In this document: positions 41,364-50,965 of the stretch, piece after piece
Layout: every line of letters begins with the position of its first letter
Position numbering within the stretch: the first letter of the stretch is position 1
Assembly: GCA_965248755.1 (NCBI GenBank)
Contig: OZ252149.1
Coordinates: 1,984,001 to 2,048,000, forward strand
Direction: 5' to 3'
DNA length: 64,000 nt
Source of the DNA: Candidatus Latescibacterota bacterium
Lineage (GTDB): Bacteria > Latescibacterota > CBDEFO01
Notes under the pieces: generated by a model
The model's database searches: none
Told to the model about the DNA's origin: nothing
Seen by the model: only the letters and a program-made list of their open reading frames with translations
Translations under genes and position numbers: made by a program

Positions 41364-42022
41364 AGACACCTGCAAAAAAGGCATATTTTCCACTGATTGA
41401 AAGCGTCTTTCTGTTATCCTACATCTTCGTCTTTATCTGGATAGTTCATCCTCTGCAGAATCTGCTCTTGAGCTTTTTCGTGGTGATCTTTGCAATCGCA
41501 TTCACAGTTGTGTCCCATCTGATCCATAACGAGAGCTTAAAGAGCATAGGCATCAGGACGGACAACATTCCAGATTCCTTGAAAGAGGTGGGGATATTCA
41601 CGCTGATCTCAGCAGCTATCCTAATAGTGGGAGGAATAGGCCTCAAAGGGATGCACATAGACGATCGTCTCTTTATACTCCCTTTTGGATATTTCCTCTG
41701 GGCGTTCTTCCAGCAGTACTTCTTTCAGTCCTTCTTTAACAACAGATTAAAGGACGCCTTCGGAGACGTCCGCTGGACGGCCCTTTTGAACGCTTTTATA
41801 TTCGGCTCAGTGCACTGGCCCAATCTATTCTTATCCTCAGTAACATTCGTAGCGGGCATCTTCTGGTCTTTCTCCTTTCGAAAAAACCCTAATCTTGTGA
41901 CAATTTCGATTTCTCACACCATATTAGCTGTGATGCTCTTATACTTGCTGCCAGAATCCGTAACCCATCGTCTCTATATCGGACCATATTACTATCAGAG
42001 GCTCCAAATGAGCACGCCGTAA
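41360..42022 (+). CDS. CPBP/CAAX (Abi) intramembrane protease-like protein
   Basis: Multi-TM; WAFFQQYFFQ, IFGSVHWPN and ISHTIL. The canonical EE appears as QQ. Confidence 0.75.
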   Translation: MKTPAKKAYFPLIESVFLLSYIFVFIWIVHPLQNLLLSFFVVIFAIAFTVVSHLIHNESLKSIGIRTDNIPDSLKEVGIFTLISAAILIVGGIGLKGMHIDDRLFILPFGYFLWAFFQQYFFQSFFNNRLKDAFGDVRWTALLNAFIFGSVHWPNLFLSSVTFVAGIFWSFSFRKNPNLVTISISHTILAVMLLYLLPESVTHRLYIGPYYYQRLQMSTP

Positions 42023-42035
42023 AGGAGGAATTAGA

Positions 42036-42290
42036 ATGCTGGGCTTTATATCCGGAATATTTGTCGGAGGGATGGCAGGAATCGCTGCATCTGAGATATG
42101 CGGTCGAGACATCCCCGATTGGGAAGTAGGATCTTTTGACGAATCGTGGGAGGAGTACGAACTGAAGAAGGAGTTTGAGAAGATAGATATAGAGGACGAG
42201 CTGAAAAGGCTCAAAGATAAGGCGGCCAAAAGGAGCAAAACGGAAAAGGAGGAAAATCATCTTGACTCAAAGCAGATCAAACGGGAATAG
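42036..42290 (+). CDS. hypothetical protein with N-terminal glycine-rich membrane anchor
   Basis: AGGAGG RBS; MLGFISGIFVGGMAGIAA followed by a charged helix. Confidence 0.6.
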   Translation: MLGFISGIFVGGMAGIAASEICGRDIPDWEVGSFDESWEEYELKKEFEKIDIEDELKRLKDKAAKRSKTEKEENHLDSKQIKRE

Positions 42291-42437
42291 TGACTTTGAA
42301 AAGTTATTGCTTTTGTTCTTCGTAGGTATAATTGTAGCTCTTTACGCTATTCTTTGGTTTCCTACTAACGGGAATGCTCAGAAGAAATCAACCTTTCCTG
42401 ATCTGAAAGGCTGTTCCTTTTCAAGGGAATCTACATT

Positions 42438-43496
42438 TTGAGAAACATCCGCTATCAACTGATTAAAGTTCTGTCAGTCTTAAGTTTGTTTCTGAACGCG
42501 ACACCCGGCAGTGCCGCAAATGAACCCGTGTCTGTAAAGCTTATCTGGGAGGGCGAACTTGATTTTAATCTTATTAAGGAGCGTCCTCTCCCATCAAAAT
42601 ATGCGAACAATAGGCTCGTTAAACTGGGAAATATAAACCACGATCAAAAGGATGATATTGTCTACATAGACGGTGGGCAACAAACTCACTTGTTGGGATT
42701 CGATGGACATCCGGCTGGCTATACCTGGGACGGTGACACGTTTCGTCAAGTCACCACGTATGAGAAATGCGAACTGAGAGATGTCTATGACTTTGCGTGT
42801 CATAAATTGGGTATTTGGACTGGGCAAGGGCGAGATCTGACGTCCTGCAACTTTGGCAGCGGTACAAGATACACCTACTATTCTCCGGGAAATACAGGAC
42901 TTCCGATCCGAACTCTAAATATTCTGCAGGATCCTTCCGGGCCGTTGTTTCTAATCGGCTTCATTTCATCTGTCAAGATCACGCCCGGTACCGTTGGCGA
43001 ACGCTATAAATTTGTCTTGTTTAGTCACGATAGGCAGCTCGTCACGATTGCGGAGGTTGACTTTCCATTCCTCTCTTTTCATCCTACAGTCGTGACAGCA
43101 GACTTCAATAACGATAAAGCCGATGAGATCGTTATTTCTGGGCCTCATGGTGACTCTGCCAGTTTCTATTACCTTGTCCGAGATACGTCCTGGCACTTTG
43201 AGCGATTCTTACATGCCGGGGCTGGTCGTTTACACGGTGCGGGAGATGTTGACGGAGATGGGCGTATTGAATTGCTAACAAGTGGTTATGGCTACCCTGA
43301 CCACTCTGAACCTTGGGGAATCTGGTGCTTTGAGTGGCAAAACGGGACCTTTGTGTTTGATCGCCATATCTCGTTTCCCGAAGAACTCAAAAATACTATT
43401 CCCAGTAACCTTATGCTCGGCAATCTAATAGGTGATGCGGTGCCTGAGTTGTTCTATCGCGATGGTAATCATGTGAAAGTGTACGGTTTTGAATAG
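42438..43496 (+). CDS. secreted FG-GAP/VCBS repeat protein
   Basis: Signal peptide; GNINHDQKDD, ADFNNDKADE, GDVDGDGRIE and GNLIGDAVPE. Confidence 0.75.
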   Translation: MRNIRYQLIKVLSVLSLFLNATPGSAANEPVSVKLIWEGELDFNLIKERPLPSKYANNRLVKLGNINHDQKDDIVYIDGGQQTHLLGFDGHPAGYTWDGDTFRQVTTYEKCELRDVYDFACHKLGIWTGQGRDLTSCNFGSGTRYTYYSPGNTGLPIRTLNILQDPSGPLFLIGFISSVKITPGTVGERYKFVLFSHDRQLVTIAEVDFPFLSFHPTVVTADFNNDKADEIVISGPHGDSASFYYLVRDTSWHFERFLHAGAGRLHGAGDVDGDGRIELLTSGYGYPDHSEPWGIWCFEWQNGTFVFDRHISFPEELKNTIPSNLMLGNLIGDAVPELFYRDGNHVKVYGFE

Positions 43497-43611
43497 GAGT
43501 CGAGATTCATAGTTGGAAGCCTCGTAGCCAGTCGTTAATAGTCACTTCAAATTTATATTAAGAAACAGAAGGTGAATGTCTGTTCTGCATTAGATAACTC
43601 TATAACGGAGG

Positions 43612-44688
43612 ATGAAAATGCGCCCAACGAGCATAATCTTAATTATTTCCCTTTTAGCCCTGTTTACGGCTATAAATACATATGCCCAAGGAGAAGAAAC
43701 CCTCAGGGGATACCTCACATCTCCTGACAAGATAGATCAAAGTCTCCTTGAGAAATTAAGAGACGAGGGATACAACGCCGTCGTCCTTGACATATCCAGG
43801 ATCAAAAAGGAGGCTGATCTTTCCAGTTTCAAAGACAGCATAATCACAAGCGGCTTCGGTCTGTACTACTGGATCGAGGTCGGAAGAGACAGGTCTGCCG
43901 TAGCCAAAAACCGAAAATGGATGCACCGTCCGCATAAGACGGGGTTCTACGGCGGCTCTTCTGTGTCCATATATCCCTGGGTCTCCATCAACAACAAGGG
44001 TGTCTTCGACTACGAAAAGGATAGGGTAAAATCCCTCATCCAAAGAGCAGGACCGGAGCGTGCCCTCGGCATCTTTCTCAACGATGTCCAGTCCGCTCCC
44101 GAAGGCTGCGGCTGCGGGAACGCCCTTTGCAGGATGTGGGATAACTCGGAAGGTGAGAAGTTGTCAGGGGATTGGCCCGATTACTTTGGAAAGAACCCCA
44201 TAGCTGTCTTAAGGTTTGTAGAAGCCGTAGAATCTCTTTTTCCCAGGTTGAACGTAGTCCCGATCATTACGGAAGAGTGCGAAGCGGGCCTTGAAGTCGG
44301 AGGCGTCAAAGATCCTGAAACTACGTTGGGATACGGAAGAATGCTCTGTTCTCATCCCGACGGATTGGAGACTTATCCCACACTTATAAAGACTCTAAGT
44401 CCTCTGAACGCGGTCGGGATACTCTCCCTCTATAAGATCTTCGATAGGGACGACCCCGCCTACGGAGGCCAAGCCGCCTGGGTCGGCGCCATCCTGGATA
44501 GATACAGACTCTACGACAGGGATCAGAGGCTCATATCAGTGATTCAGGGTTGGGACGTGACAGAGGACGAACTAAAAAGCCAGATACAACAGGCCCTTGA
44601 CCACACCGCTTTCGGCTACATCGTAGCAGGCGTTGAAATAGACCAAAGCTGGATCGTATTAGATAAGAAGAATATCAAGAAGATATAG
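43612..44688 (+). CDS. secreted hypothetical protein (possible TIM-barrel) with a Cys cluster
   Basis: Signal peptide; YYWIEVGR, GIFLNDVQSAPEGCGCGNALCRMW and VIQGWD. Confidence 0.7.
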   Translation: MKMRPTSIILIISLLALFTAINTYAQGEETLRGYLTSPDKIDQSLLEKLRDEGYNAVVLDISRIKKEADLSSFKDSIITSGFGLYYWIEVGRDRSAVAKNRKWMHRPHKTGFYGGSSVSIYPWVSINNKGVFDYEKDRVKSLIQRAGPERALGIFLNDVQSAPEGCGCGNALCRMWDNSEGEKLSGDWPDYFGKNPIAVLRFVEAVESLFPRLNVVPIITEECEAGLEVGGVKDPETTLGYGRMLCSHPDGLETYPTLIKTLSPLNAVGILSLYKIFDRDDPAYGGQAAWVGAILDRYRLYDRDQRLISVIQGWDVTEDELKSQIQQALDHTAFGYIVAGVEIDQSWIVLDKKNIKKI

Positions 44689-44750
44689 GAAAAGGTCGTA
44701 AGTGCAGATACCTTAAGGGATACGCTTACGACCTTCAGAAAACTCTAAAT

Positions 44751-44826
44751 TGGTGGCGCATAGGGGAGTCGAACCCCTGTTTCTGGCGTGAGAGGCCAGC
44801 GTCCTAGGCCACTGGACGAATGCGCC
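44751..44826 (-). tRNA. tRNA-Glu (CTC)
   Basis: GGCGCATTCGTCCAGTGGCCTAGGACGCTGGCCT-CTC-ACGCCAGAAACAGGGGTTCGACTCCCCTATGCGCCACCA; full cloverleaf with CCA. Confidence 0.96.
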
Positions 44827-44835
44827 GTTATCGTC

Positions 44836-44877
44836 TCCCCGACCCCCAATAGATTCAATCAGGGGGTCAATCGGGGA
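44836..44877. repeat. family-A palindrome nested inside another copy
   Basis: TCCCCGA[CCCCCAATAGATTCAATCAGGGGG]TCAATCGGGGA. Confidence 0.8.
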
Positions 44878-44965
44878 CCAGAACAATATAATAAGGTTGA
44901 TGGTACAACGCAAGTTTTTTTGTTTGCACCCTGATATTATGCTATATATTATCTCCTGTTTGTCT

Positions 44966-45421
44966 TCAGCAGCCTTTGACACTGATTATGCCTATCACTA
45001 CACCGGGAATGGTGCCGTACTTCAATATCCATCCGACGACCCTCCGCCTTCTGTATTGATTGAAGTCATGTTTCTCCTCAGCTCTTATGCCGCCTTCCAC
45101 AAAAGAGATCAAGTTATTTAATTCATATTCCCAGAATTCCCTGTCGGGCTTCAAGATAATCTGTCCGATCGTCTGTATCTTATACGAAAGAGTGCATTTT
45201 GTAGAATTGGCGTCTATCTCTTCAAGCTCAGCGTTCAGGAGAGTGTGACACTTCTCTATTCTGAAGGTGTATAGTGACACCCATCTTTTCCCGCGCTCGA
45301 AGATATAGCTTCCTTCCGACTCTTGTTTGAGGCTGTATCCTTCTTCTGTAAAATATCTGCGCACAAGATCTAACGCTTGGGACAGATTCTTATTAAGCTT
45401 TATTGTTCTGCTAAATCGCAT
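44966..45421 (-). CDS. hypothetical protein with C-terminal TM
   Basis: 151-aa ORF with an ATG start and plausible composition. Confidence 0.6.
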   Translation of the reverse strand: MRFSRTIKLNKNLSQALDLVRRYFTEEGYSLKQESEGSYIFERGKRWVSLYTFRIEKCHTLLNAELEEIDANSTKCTLSYKIQTIGQIILKPDREFWEYELNNLISFVEGGIRAEEKHDFNQYRRRRVVGWILKYGTIPGVVIGIISVKGC

Positions 45422-45473
45422 GCTACCGGGAGGGTTTATTCTTCAATCATTCCAATTTCCTCAATAAGCTATC

Positions 45474-45521
45474 GTAGGGGCACGGTTCCCTGCCCTTGAG
45501 GCGAGTAGACCTCGCCCCTAC
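45474..45521. repeat. family-C GTAG-type REP doublet
   Basis: GTAGGGGCACGGTTCCCTGCCC..GAGGCGAGTAGACCTCGCCCCTAC. Confidence 0.8.
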
Positions 45522-45531
45522 ATAAGGTTCC

Positions 45532-46500
45532 CTACGACAGATACTTCTTGGGAAACTTAGCCACAGCTGTGTAATTAGGATCGACTACATTTCCCACTCG
45601 CATCGTGCCCACTTGAGATAAGACCTGGAAGGCCTCCCATTTTTCGTACCCGTAGTCCTCCACAAGCCACTTGACTATATCTATGTAAGCTGCTTGGAGG
45701 GCCTCCATAAGGGGCCGCGAGCTTGCTGCGCTCATAATGTGTGTTGCATCTTCGAGCCTGGGCATTTCGATGTTCCGTCCTTTTATCACTTCTATCCGAA
45801 CGGTCACTTCCGCTGTGGTTTCCAGACCCCCGCCGCATATTTCTCCGTCGCCCTGAGCGGCGTGGATGTCTCCAAACTCTAAATACGCTCCCGTGTATCC
45901 GACGGGAAGATGGAGAGTTGTCCCCTCCTTCGTCTCGACACAGTCCATATTTCCCCCGTATTCTCCCGGCGTCAGCGTCATCTCCACGCGCCCATAGCGC
46001 GGGGCCACGCCTATTGAGCCTATAAATGGATGCAAACGGATCTCCACCTTTCCTATCTTGCTCTGCGGAAGTTCCAAAGTCCCGACCATGCGGTCTAAAT
46101 CAAGATTCCAGTCATACTTCGCCTCTGGAATAGGATCGTTCAAAAGCAAAGATCTGCCTGGACCCTCTCCTGTGAAAGAACCGAAGTTGGGCAAGTGCAT
46201 GGACCATGCGTAGGGTCTGTTCAAAGCGATCTTTTCGATGAACACAGATAGTGCATCGCCAACTTGGGCGTCTTCGACGTAGATAGGACCCACTACCGGA
46301 TTCGATTCTCGGAGCTCTGTGTTTTCGCTCTTTTGTTTTTCCTCCTGTGTGATAGGGTTCATATTTTCGTCGAATCCATACGCGTCGCGGGTCTTGACGG
46401 TGACCCTATCCCCGCTCTTGACCACAAGAGCTGGCTCATTGGGTCCGAAGGTGTAATAATAGACCTTCGGAGCGAGTCTGTGTGTAACTCCGTCGTTCAT
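45532..46500 (-). CDS. acetamidase/formamidase family protein
   Basis: NPVVGPIYVEDAQVGD, PFIGSIGVAP, PGEYGGNMD and GDIHAAQGDGEICG.GLE; ATG at 46500. Confidence 0.9.
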   Translation of the reverse strand: MNDGVTHRLAPKVYYYTFGPNEPALVVKSGDRVTVKTRDAYGFDENMNPITQEEKQKSENTELRESNPVVGPIYVEDAQVGDALSVFIEKIALNRPYAWSMHLPNFGSFTGEGPGRSLLLNDPIPEAKYDWNLDLDRMVGTLELPQSKIGKVEIRLHPFIGSIGVAPRYGRVEMTLTPGEYGGNMDCVETKEGTTLHLPVGYTGAYLEFGDIHAAQGDGEICGGGLETTAEVTVRIEVIKGRNIEMPRLEDATHIMSAASSRPLMEALQAAYIDIVKWLVEDYGYEKWEAFQVLSQVGTMRVGNVVDPNYTAVAKFPKKYLS

Positions 46501-46743
46501 AAAAATCTCTGTCGTTTTTACTCGTGGAAGAAAGAGAATTACCGAAGGTTTGACAGTCAATTGAAAATCTGTACGCTATGTCTTGAAAAAGCTTATATTT
46601 GAGTGAACGACAATTCTCCCATTTTGTGAAATTTTGGGCAATTTTGCCTTCATCTACATCCAGGTCGTCTTCGATGCATCGTTGAACTACATCAGGTATT
46701 CCTGCGTATTTGGGGAAGTCGACCTTGTTCTCCGATAGAATTT

Positions 46744-47090
46744 CTATGAAAGATCATGCTGATGCCTTCGATCTTCATGATGGCGACGCTGGCTCGTCTG
46801 GGACTTGGTGACCATAGTGCCAGCTTCATCATATATTTTCTTATATACTTTCTTAGGTACTTCCTTAACAGGCTCTGCATCACCTTGTAGGACAATCAGT
46901 TAGAGGGAGAATTGTTGTTTTGACAACCTTTTGTTGTCGTTTTAACAACTTTTTGCTGTTGTTCTGATAACTTTCTGTTGTTGTTTTGACAACCTTTAGA
47001 GATCCAAGTTGGGGTATCTGTATTAATTTGATAGCACCTTGTTCTGACCTCTCCGTCCATCTGTCTGATGATCTTCTTCTTCCTGTCTAC
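46744..47090 (-). pseudogene. remnant of a phage/plasmid replication initiator (lambda O-like) containing its iterons
   Basis: KKKIIRQMDGEVRTRCYQINTDTPTW-[iteron-encoded GCQNNNRKLSEQQQKVVKTTTKGCQNNN]-stop/frameshift-EPVKEVPKKVYKKIY. Confidence 0.6.
46910..46997 (-). repeat. 4 x 22-bp tandem repeat (iteron-like)
   Basis: Minus strand: AAAGGTTGTCAAAACAACAACA / GAAAGTTATCAGAACAACAGCA / AAAAGTTGTTAAAACGACAACA / AAAGGTTGTCAAAACAACAATT. Confidence 0.88.
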
Positions 47091-47217
47091 TGATCATTGC
47101 TCACCAAATATAAATATATCCTGATAAAGCGTGCGATCAAAGTCATTCCTACTGGTAATACACCGTTGTCTTTGACGCAATTGATTTTCATATAAGACTT
47201 ATAGTATTATAAACACT

Positions 47218-48114
47218 TTATAAGTAGGTTCTTATAACATCCTCAAACCTTGCAGGCTCGATCCCGAAATCCTCTCTCATAGCCCTTATGTCCCCCACAT
47301 TGTCTTCTTTGAGCATCTTCAACTGATCTCTGTTGAACGGAGGATTCGGATGGAGTTTCTCTAATATTGACGCTACAGGATACATTAGGATCGAAGGGAT
47401 ATGCGCTTTGAATCTTCTCCTTTTTGTCACGTGCATAATCGTATCCATAATCTGGTTGAACGTCAACTGCTCCGGTCCACCTAGGTCGTATTCTTTATTG
47501 GTAATATTCTCATCTAACAGAGCCGTAACAAAGCAGAAAGCCACGTCCTCCACGGCTATGGGCTGCATCTTGGATTCCCCTGATCCTATAACCGGCAGCG
47601 TTCTCGTAATAACTCCCGGGAATCTCATCATATTTGCAAAGAGGTTCACGAACTCATCGTCCTTTCCGCAGATTATGGAGGGTCTCAAGATTACATAAGG
47701 GATGCCGCTTTCTCTCACAGCCTCCTCACCCTCCCATTTGGTCTTATGGTACCGGCTCACAGCATCAGGGCGCGCGCCCAAAGCGCTCATGTGCACGAAT
47801 TTGCTCACACCGGTGAGCTTTGCCTCCTCTACCACGTTCTTTGTCCCTAAAGAGTGAACCTTCTCGAACTTGGCCCCTTTGATCTCCTTGATTATCCCCA
47901 CAATATGGATAACCCCATCGCAGCCATCCATAGCGCCATTTAAGGAATCCCGCTCTGTAATATCCCCCTCTTGATACTCCACACCGTCTATATCAGCGAG
48001 GTCCCGCCGGGATGAAGGACGCACCAGACAGCGAACCTGATGTCCTTCATCCACAAGCTTATGAACGATATTACGTCCCACAAAGCCCGTCCCTCCTGTT
48101 AGGAAGACTTTCAT
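47218..48114 (-). CDS. NDUFA9-like atypical SDR / NAD-dependent epimerase
   Basis: MKVFLTGGTGFVG, HMSALGA, YHKTKW.GE, RPS and QPIAVED; ATG after AGGAGG. Confidence 0.88.
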   Translation of the reverse strand: MKVFLTGGTGFVGRNIVHKLVDEGHQVRCLVRPSSRRDLADIDGVEYQEGDITERDSLNGAMDGCDGVIHIVGIIKEIKGAKFEKVHSLGTKNVVEEAKLTGVSKFVHMSALGARPDAVSRYHKTKWEGEEAVRESGIPYVILRPSIICGKDDEFVNLFANMMRFPGVITRTLPVIGSGESKMQPIAVEDVAFCFVTALLDENITNKEYDLGGPEQLTFNQIMDTIMHVTKRRRFKAHIPSILMYPVASILEKLHPNPPFNRDQLKMLKEDNVGDIRAMREDFGIEPARFEDVIRTYL

Positions 48115-48216
48115 TGGAGCCACCTCCTGAAGGCTAAGGCGACGGCTAAAACAAAGTCACCTTCGCCTTACTCAAGAAATCTCTTTACATTCAAGCGCTC
48201 TTTTCATACTTTTAAT

Positions 48217-48793
48217 ATGACTCAGATAGTCAAAGGAGAAGCTGGTGTTAAAACGACATTCTCAGAGTTGGTGATTGAGGGTCCTTTCGCGCTGGTGAAA
48301 GGTTTCTTGATGGGATTTCTCTGCACCTACCCTGAGCTCCCAAGATACTCTCTTCATCGAAAGGTGGGCATCAGGCGGCACACCCTGAGGGATTTGTTAT
48401 CGGAACTGTTCGAGTTTGACAATCTCGTCCACCTTTGTCTGGAAGACAGAGTCGTGGAAGAGTTCAAAGGAGCCATAGCTAAAGCGACCCCTACTATAGG
48501 CATCTCAATCAAGGCCTTAAAGAAGATCGCCAGCACCGAATTCAACTTCTCGTTTGAGATCTTTGATAAGGCTCTGGCCCATCGATGCAAAGCTATGTTT
48601 TCTGACCTCCCCCACGATGTTAGCCTTGTTAACTTTGAATGCAAGGACAAGGCCGTTGAAGATGAGAGCACATCGAGTGCCTATGCCCCTATGCATGCCT
48701 ATTCATTATAGGGGAAAAGACATTGTCAGAGGCGATTTCGGAGGTGTCATCGATTTTTTCCTAAACTCGGTGAGCTATCCCAATTCATCTTAA
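48217..48793 (+). pseudogene. hypothetical protein, apparently disrupted near its 3' end
   Basis: The 164-aa ORF stops at 48711, while coding-like sequence (GKDIVRGDFGGVIDFFL) continues in another frame. Confidence 0.45.
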
Positions 48794-48850
48794 CCAATGA
48801 GATAAATCTTGAGTTTGAGTCTTGAAAGGGCCTAAGGACAGAGATCTGCC

Positions 48851-49642
48851 ATGAGAGTTAAAGACAAAGTCGCCGTAATCACAGGATCAGCTTCGGGCAT
48901 CGGACGCGCTACAGCTTACCTTCTGTCGGAAGAAGGAGCAAATATTGTAGTTGCAGACATAAATGACCGTGGGGGAGAAAAGACCGTTCAGGTCATCAAA
49001 GACAAAAAAAGAAGGGCGATCTACCTCCACACAGACGTGACGAAATCCGACCAGGTCCAGACTATGGCGCAATCTGCACTCAACGAGTTCGGGAGGATAG
49101 ATTGCCTTGTAAACAACGCCGCTATCTGTAAGGGAGAGGAAGTCCACGAAACTGACGAGGAGACGTGGGACCTCGACATAAACGTGGTCTTAAAGAGTCA
49201 ATACCTCTGCTCCAAAGCTGTCCTCCCTTACATGATAGAAGGAGGAGGAGGATCCATAGTCAATATATCCTCTGTCAATGCACTTATGGGATTCGGAGCA
49301 AGTTCTTACAGTGCGGCAAAGGCCGGAGTCTTATCCCTCACGAGGACTATGGCCGTTCGCTATGGGCAGAAGGGAGTACGAGTCAACGCCATCTGCCCTG
49401 GAACTATACACACCGAAATATGGGAAGAAAGAGTCGCCAAAGATCCCCACGTCCTTGACAGACTTGCTAAATGGTATCCATTAGGGAGAGTGGGAAAACC
49501 TGAAGATATTGCCAACGCAGTCCTCTTTTTAGCCTCCGATGAATCCTCCTTTGCCACTGGGGCTGTATTCGTCATAGACGGCGGACTCACAGCGGGAATG
49601 ATGAGGATGACGCAGGAACTTATGGTGTCTGAGTGGGATTAA
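48851..49642 (+). CDS. short-chain dehydrogenase/reductase
   Basis: TGSASGIG, NNAA and YSAAK. Confidence 0.92.
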   Translation: MRVKDKVAVITGSASGIGRATAYLLSEEGANIVVADINDRGGEKTVQVIKDKKRRAIYLHTDVTKSDQVQTMAQSALNEFGRIDCLVNNAAICKGEEVHETDEETWDLDINVVLKSQYLCSKAVLPYMIEGGGGSIVNISSVNALMGFGASSYSAAKAGVLSLTRTMAVRYGQKGVRVNAICPGTIHTEIWEERVAKDPHVLDRLAKWYPLGRVGKPEDIANAVLFLASDESSFATGAVFVIDGGLTAGMMRMTQELMVSEWD

Positions 49643-49661
49643 TTTCAAGCTTGGCAGGGAT

Positions 49662-50318
49662 CTATGAACTTTCTTGCTTTGCCGTTACTCCCAAGAGTTC
49701 CTTGGCCTTGTCCACAGCCGAAGCAGCATCGGGGGCGTAGCCGTCCGCTCCTATTTCATCTGCGAAGCTCTGAGTCACAGGTGCCCCGCCGATCATTACA
49801 ATAATGTCATCCCTTAAATCCTCCTCTTCGAGGGCCTCAATGACATCTGCCATCCCGGGCATCGTAGTCGTCAAAAGAGCGGACATGCCCAATATATCTG
49901 GCTTGTGCTCTTCGACGTATTCAATCCACTGGTCTATCTGAACATCTACACCCAGATTGACCACCGTAATACCCGCCCCCTCCATCATCATTCCCACAAG
50001 ATTCTTGCCTATGTCGTGGAGATCTCCCTTTACGGTTCCCAAGACAGCGCTGCCCACAGCTTCGACTCCCGTCTCCGTCAGCAGTGGCTTTATGATCTGC
50101 ATTGCCGTCTTCATGGCTCGCGCAGAGATCAGGACTTCGGGCACGTATATCTCATTTTTTCTGAATCTTTCGCCTACAACAGCCATCCCTGGAATCATCC
50201 CTTCATCCAGAATCACCTTGGGGTCTATTCCCTCCTCCACCGCTTCTATTGTCAGCTCCTTCGCCCTGGGAGCATCTCCTGTAATTATGCTATCAGATAG
50301 ACCTTGGAAATCAGCCAT
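49662..50318 (-). CDS. corrinoid (B12-binding) methyl-carrier protein, MtbC/MttC-like
   Basis: Cap domain plus GTVKGDLHDIGKNLV (DxHxxG), SALLTTTM and GGAPV. Confidence 0.92.
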   Translation of the reverse strand: MADFQGLSDSIITGDAPRAKELTIEAVEEGIDPKVILDEGMIPGMAVVGERFRKNEIYVPEVLISARAMKTAMQIIKPLLTETGVEAVGSAVLGTVKGDLHDIGKNLVGMMMEGAGITVVNLGVDVQIDQWIEYVEEHKPDILGMSALLTTTMPGMADVIEALEEEDLRDDIIVMIGGAPVTQSFADEIGADGYAPDAASAVDKAKELLGVTAKQESS

Positions 50319-50539
50319 TTACCCCCCTTCATATTACGTAATAATGTCTCTCTTCTATATGTACAGAGTGTTCAGATCGCAAGAATTATCCTGTTTATTT
50401 ATAAGATAATATTCCTATTTTGTCAACAGTAATTTTAGTGTCCAAGAAGAGTAAAGGAACATGGTATCCATCCACACGGGATAATTTTGTCTATATTTAA
50501 GTTAGGAGCGAAGAAAGGAGGGTAGATACCAGGGAGAAT

Positions 50540-50965
50540 GCAATCACTTATAGCGACGTTCTTGCACTTAATCCTAATCCTGTTGATCTGCGTATCAAGA
50601 TGGTTCAGACTGCACAACAATACGGTGTCTCGTATGCTGCAAGGGCTTTTAATACAACACGCAAGAGTATAAGAAAATGGCTGAAACGTTATCGTGAAGA
50701 GCGAGCAGTAAAGAGTCTTGAAAATGACACGAAAGCACCCATAAACCCTCACTGTCCGTTGCCGGAGGAGATCAGAAAGCTCATCGTAAAGTTACGACTC
50801 ATAAACAAACGCAGGCGAACATGGAAGAGAAAGAAACTTTCCTGGCAGTGGAAAGAGAAACTGCGCCCATTTGAACATATCCAGATCGATGTCAAGCAAC
50901 TCTGTCATGTTTCCAACTACCTGAAGCAACATTGCAAGAACTCAATGGCCCTTCATAAGACATAA
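50540..50965 (+). pseudogene. truncated IS481-like transposase
   Basis: LRIKMVQTAQQYGVSYAARAFNTTRKSIRKWLKRY (HTH)...HIQIDVK, then it ends against the convergent gene. Confidence 0.7.

Noticed and set aside
46692..46895. 67-aa ORF as a real small protein
   Set aside because: It is an off-frame reading of the decayed replication-gene remnant.
46910..46997. CRISPR array
   Set aside because: The units are contiguous with no spacers, and there are no cas genes; iterons fit better.
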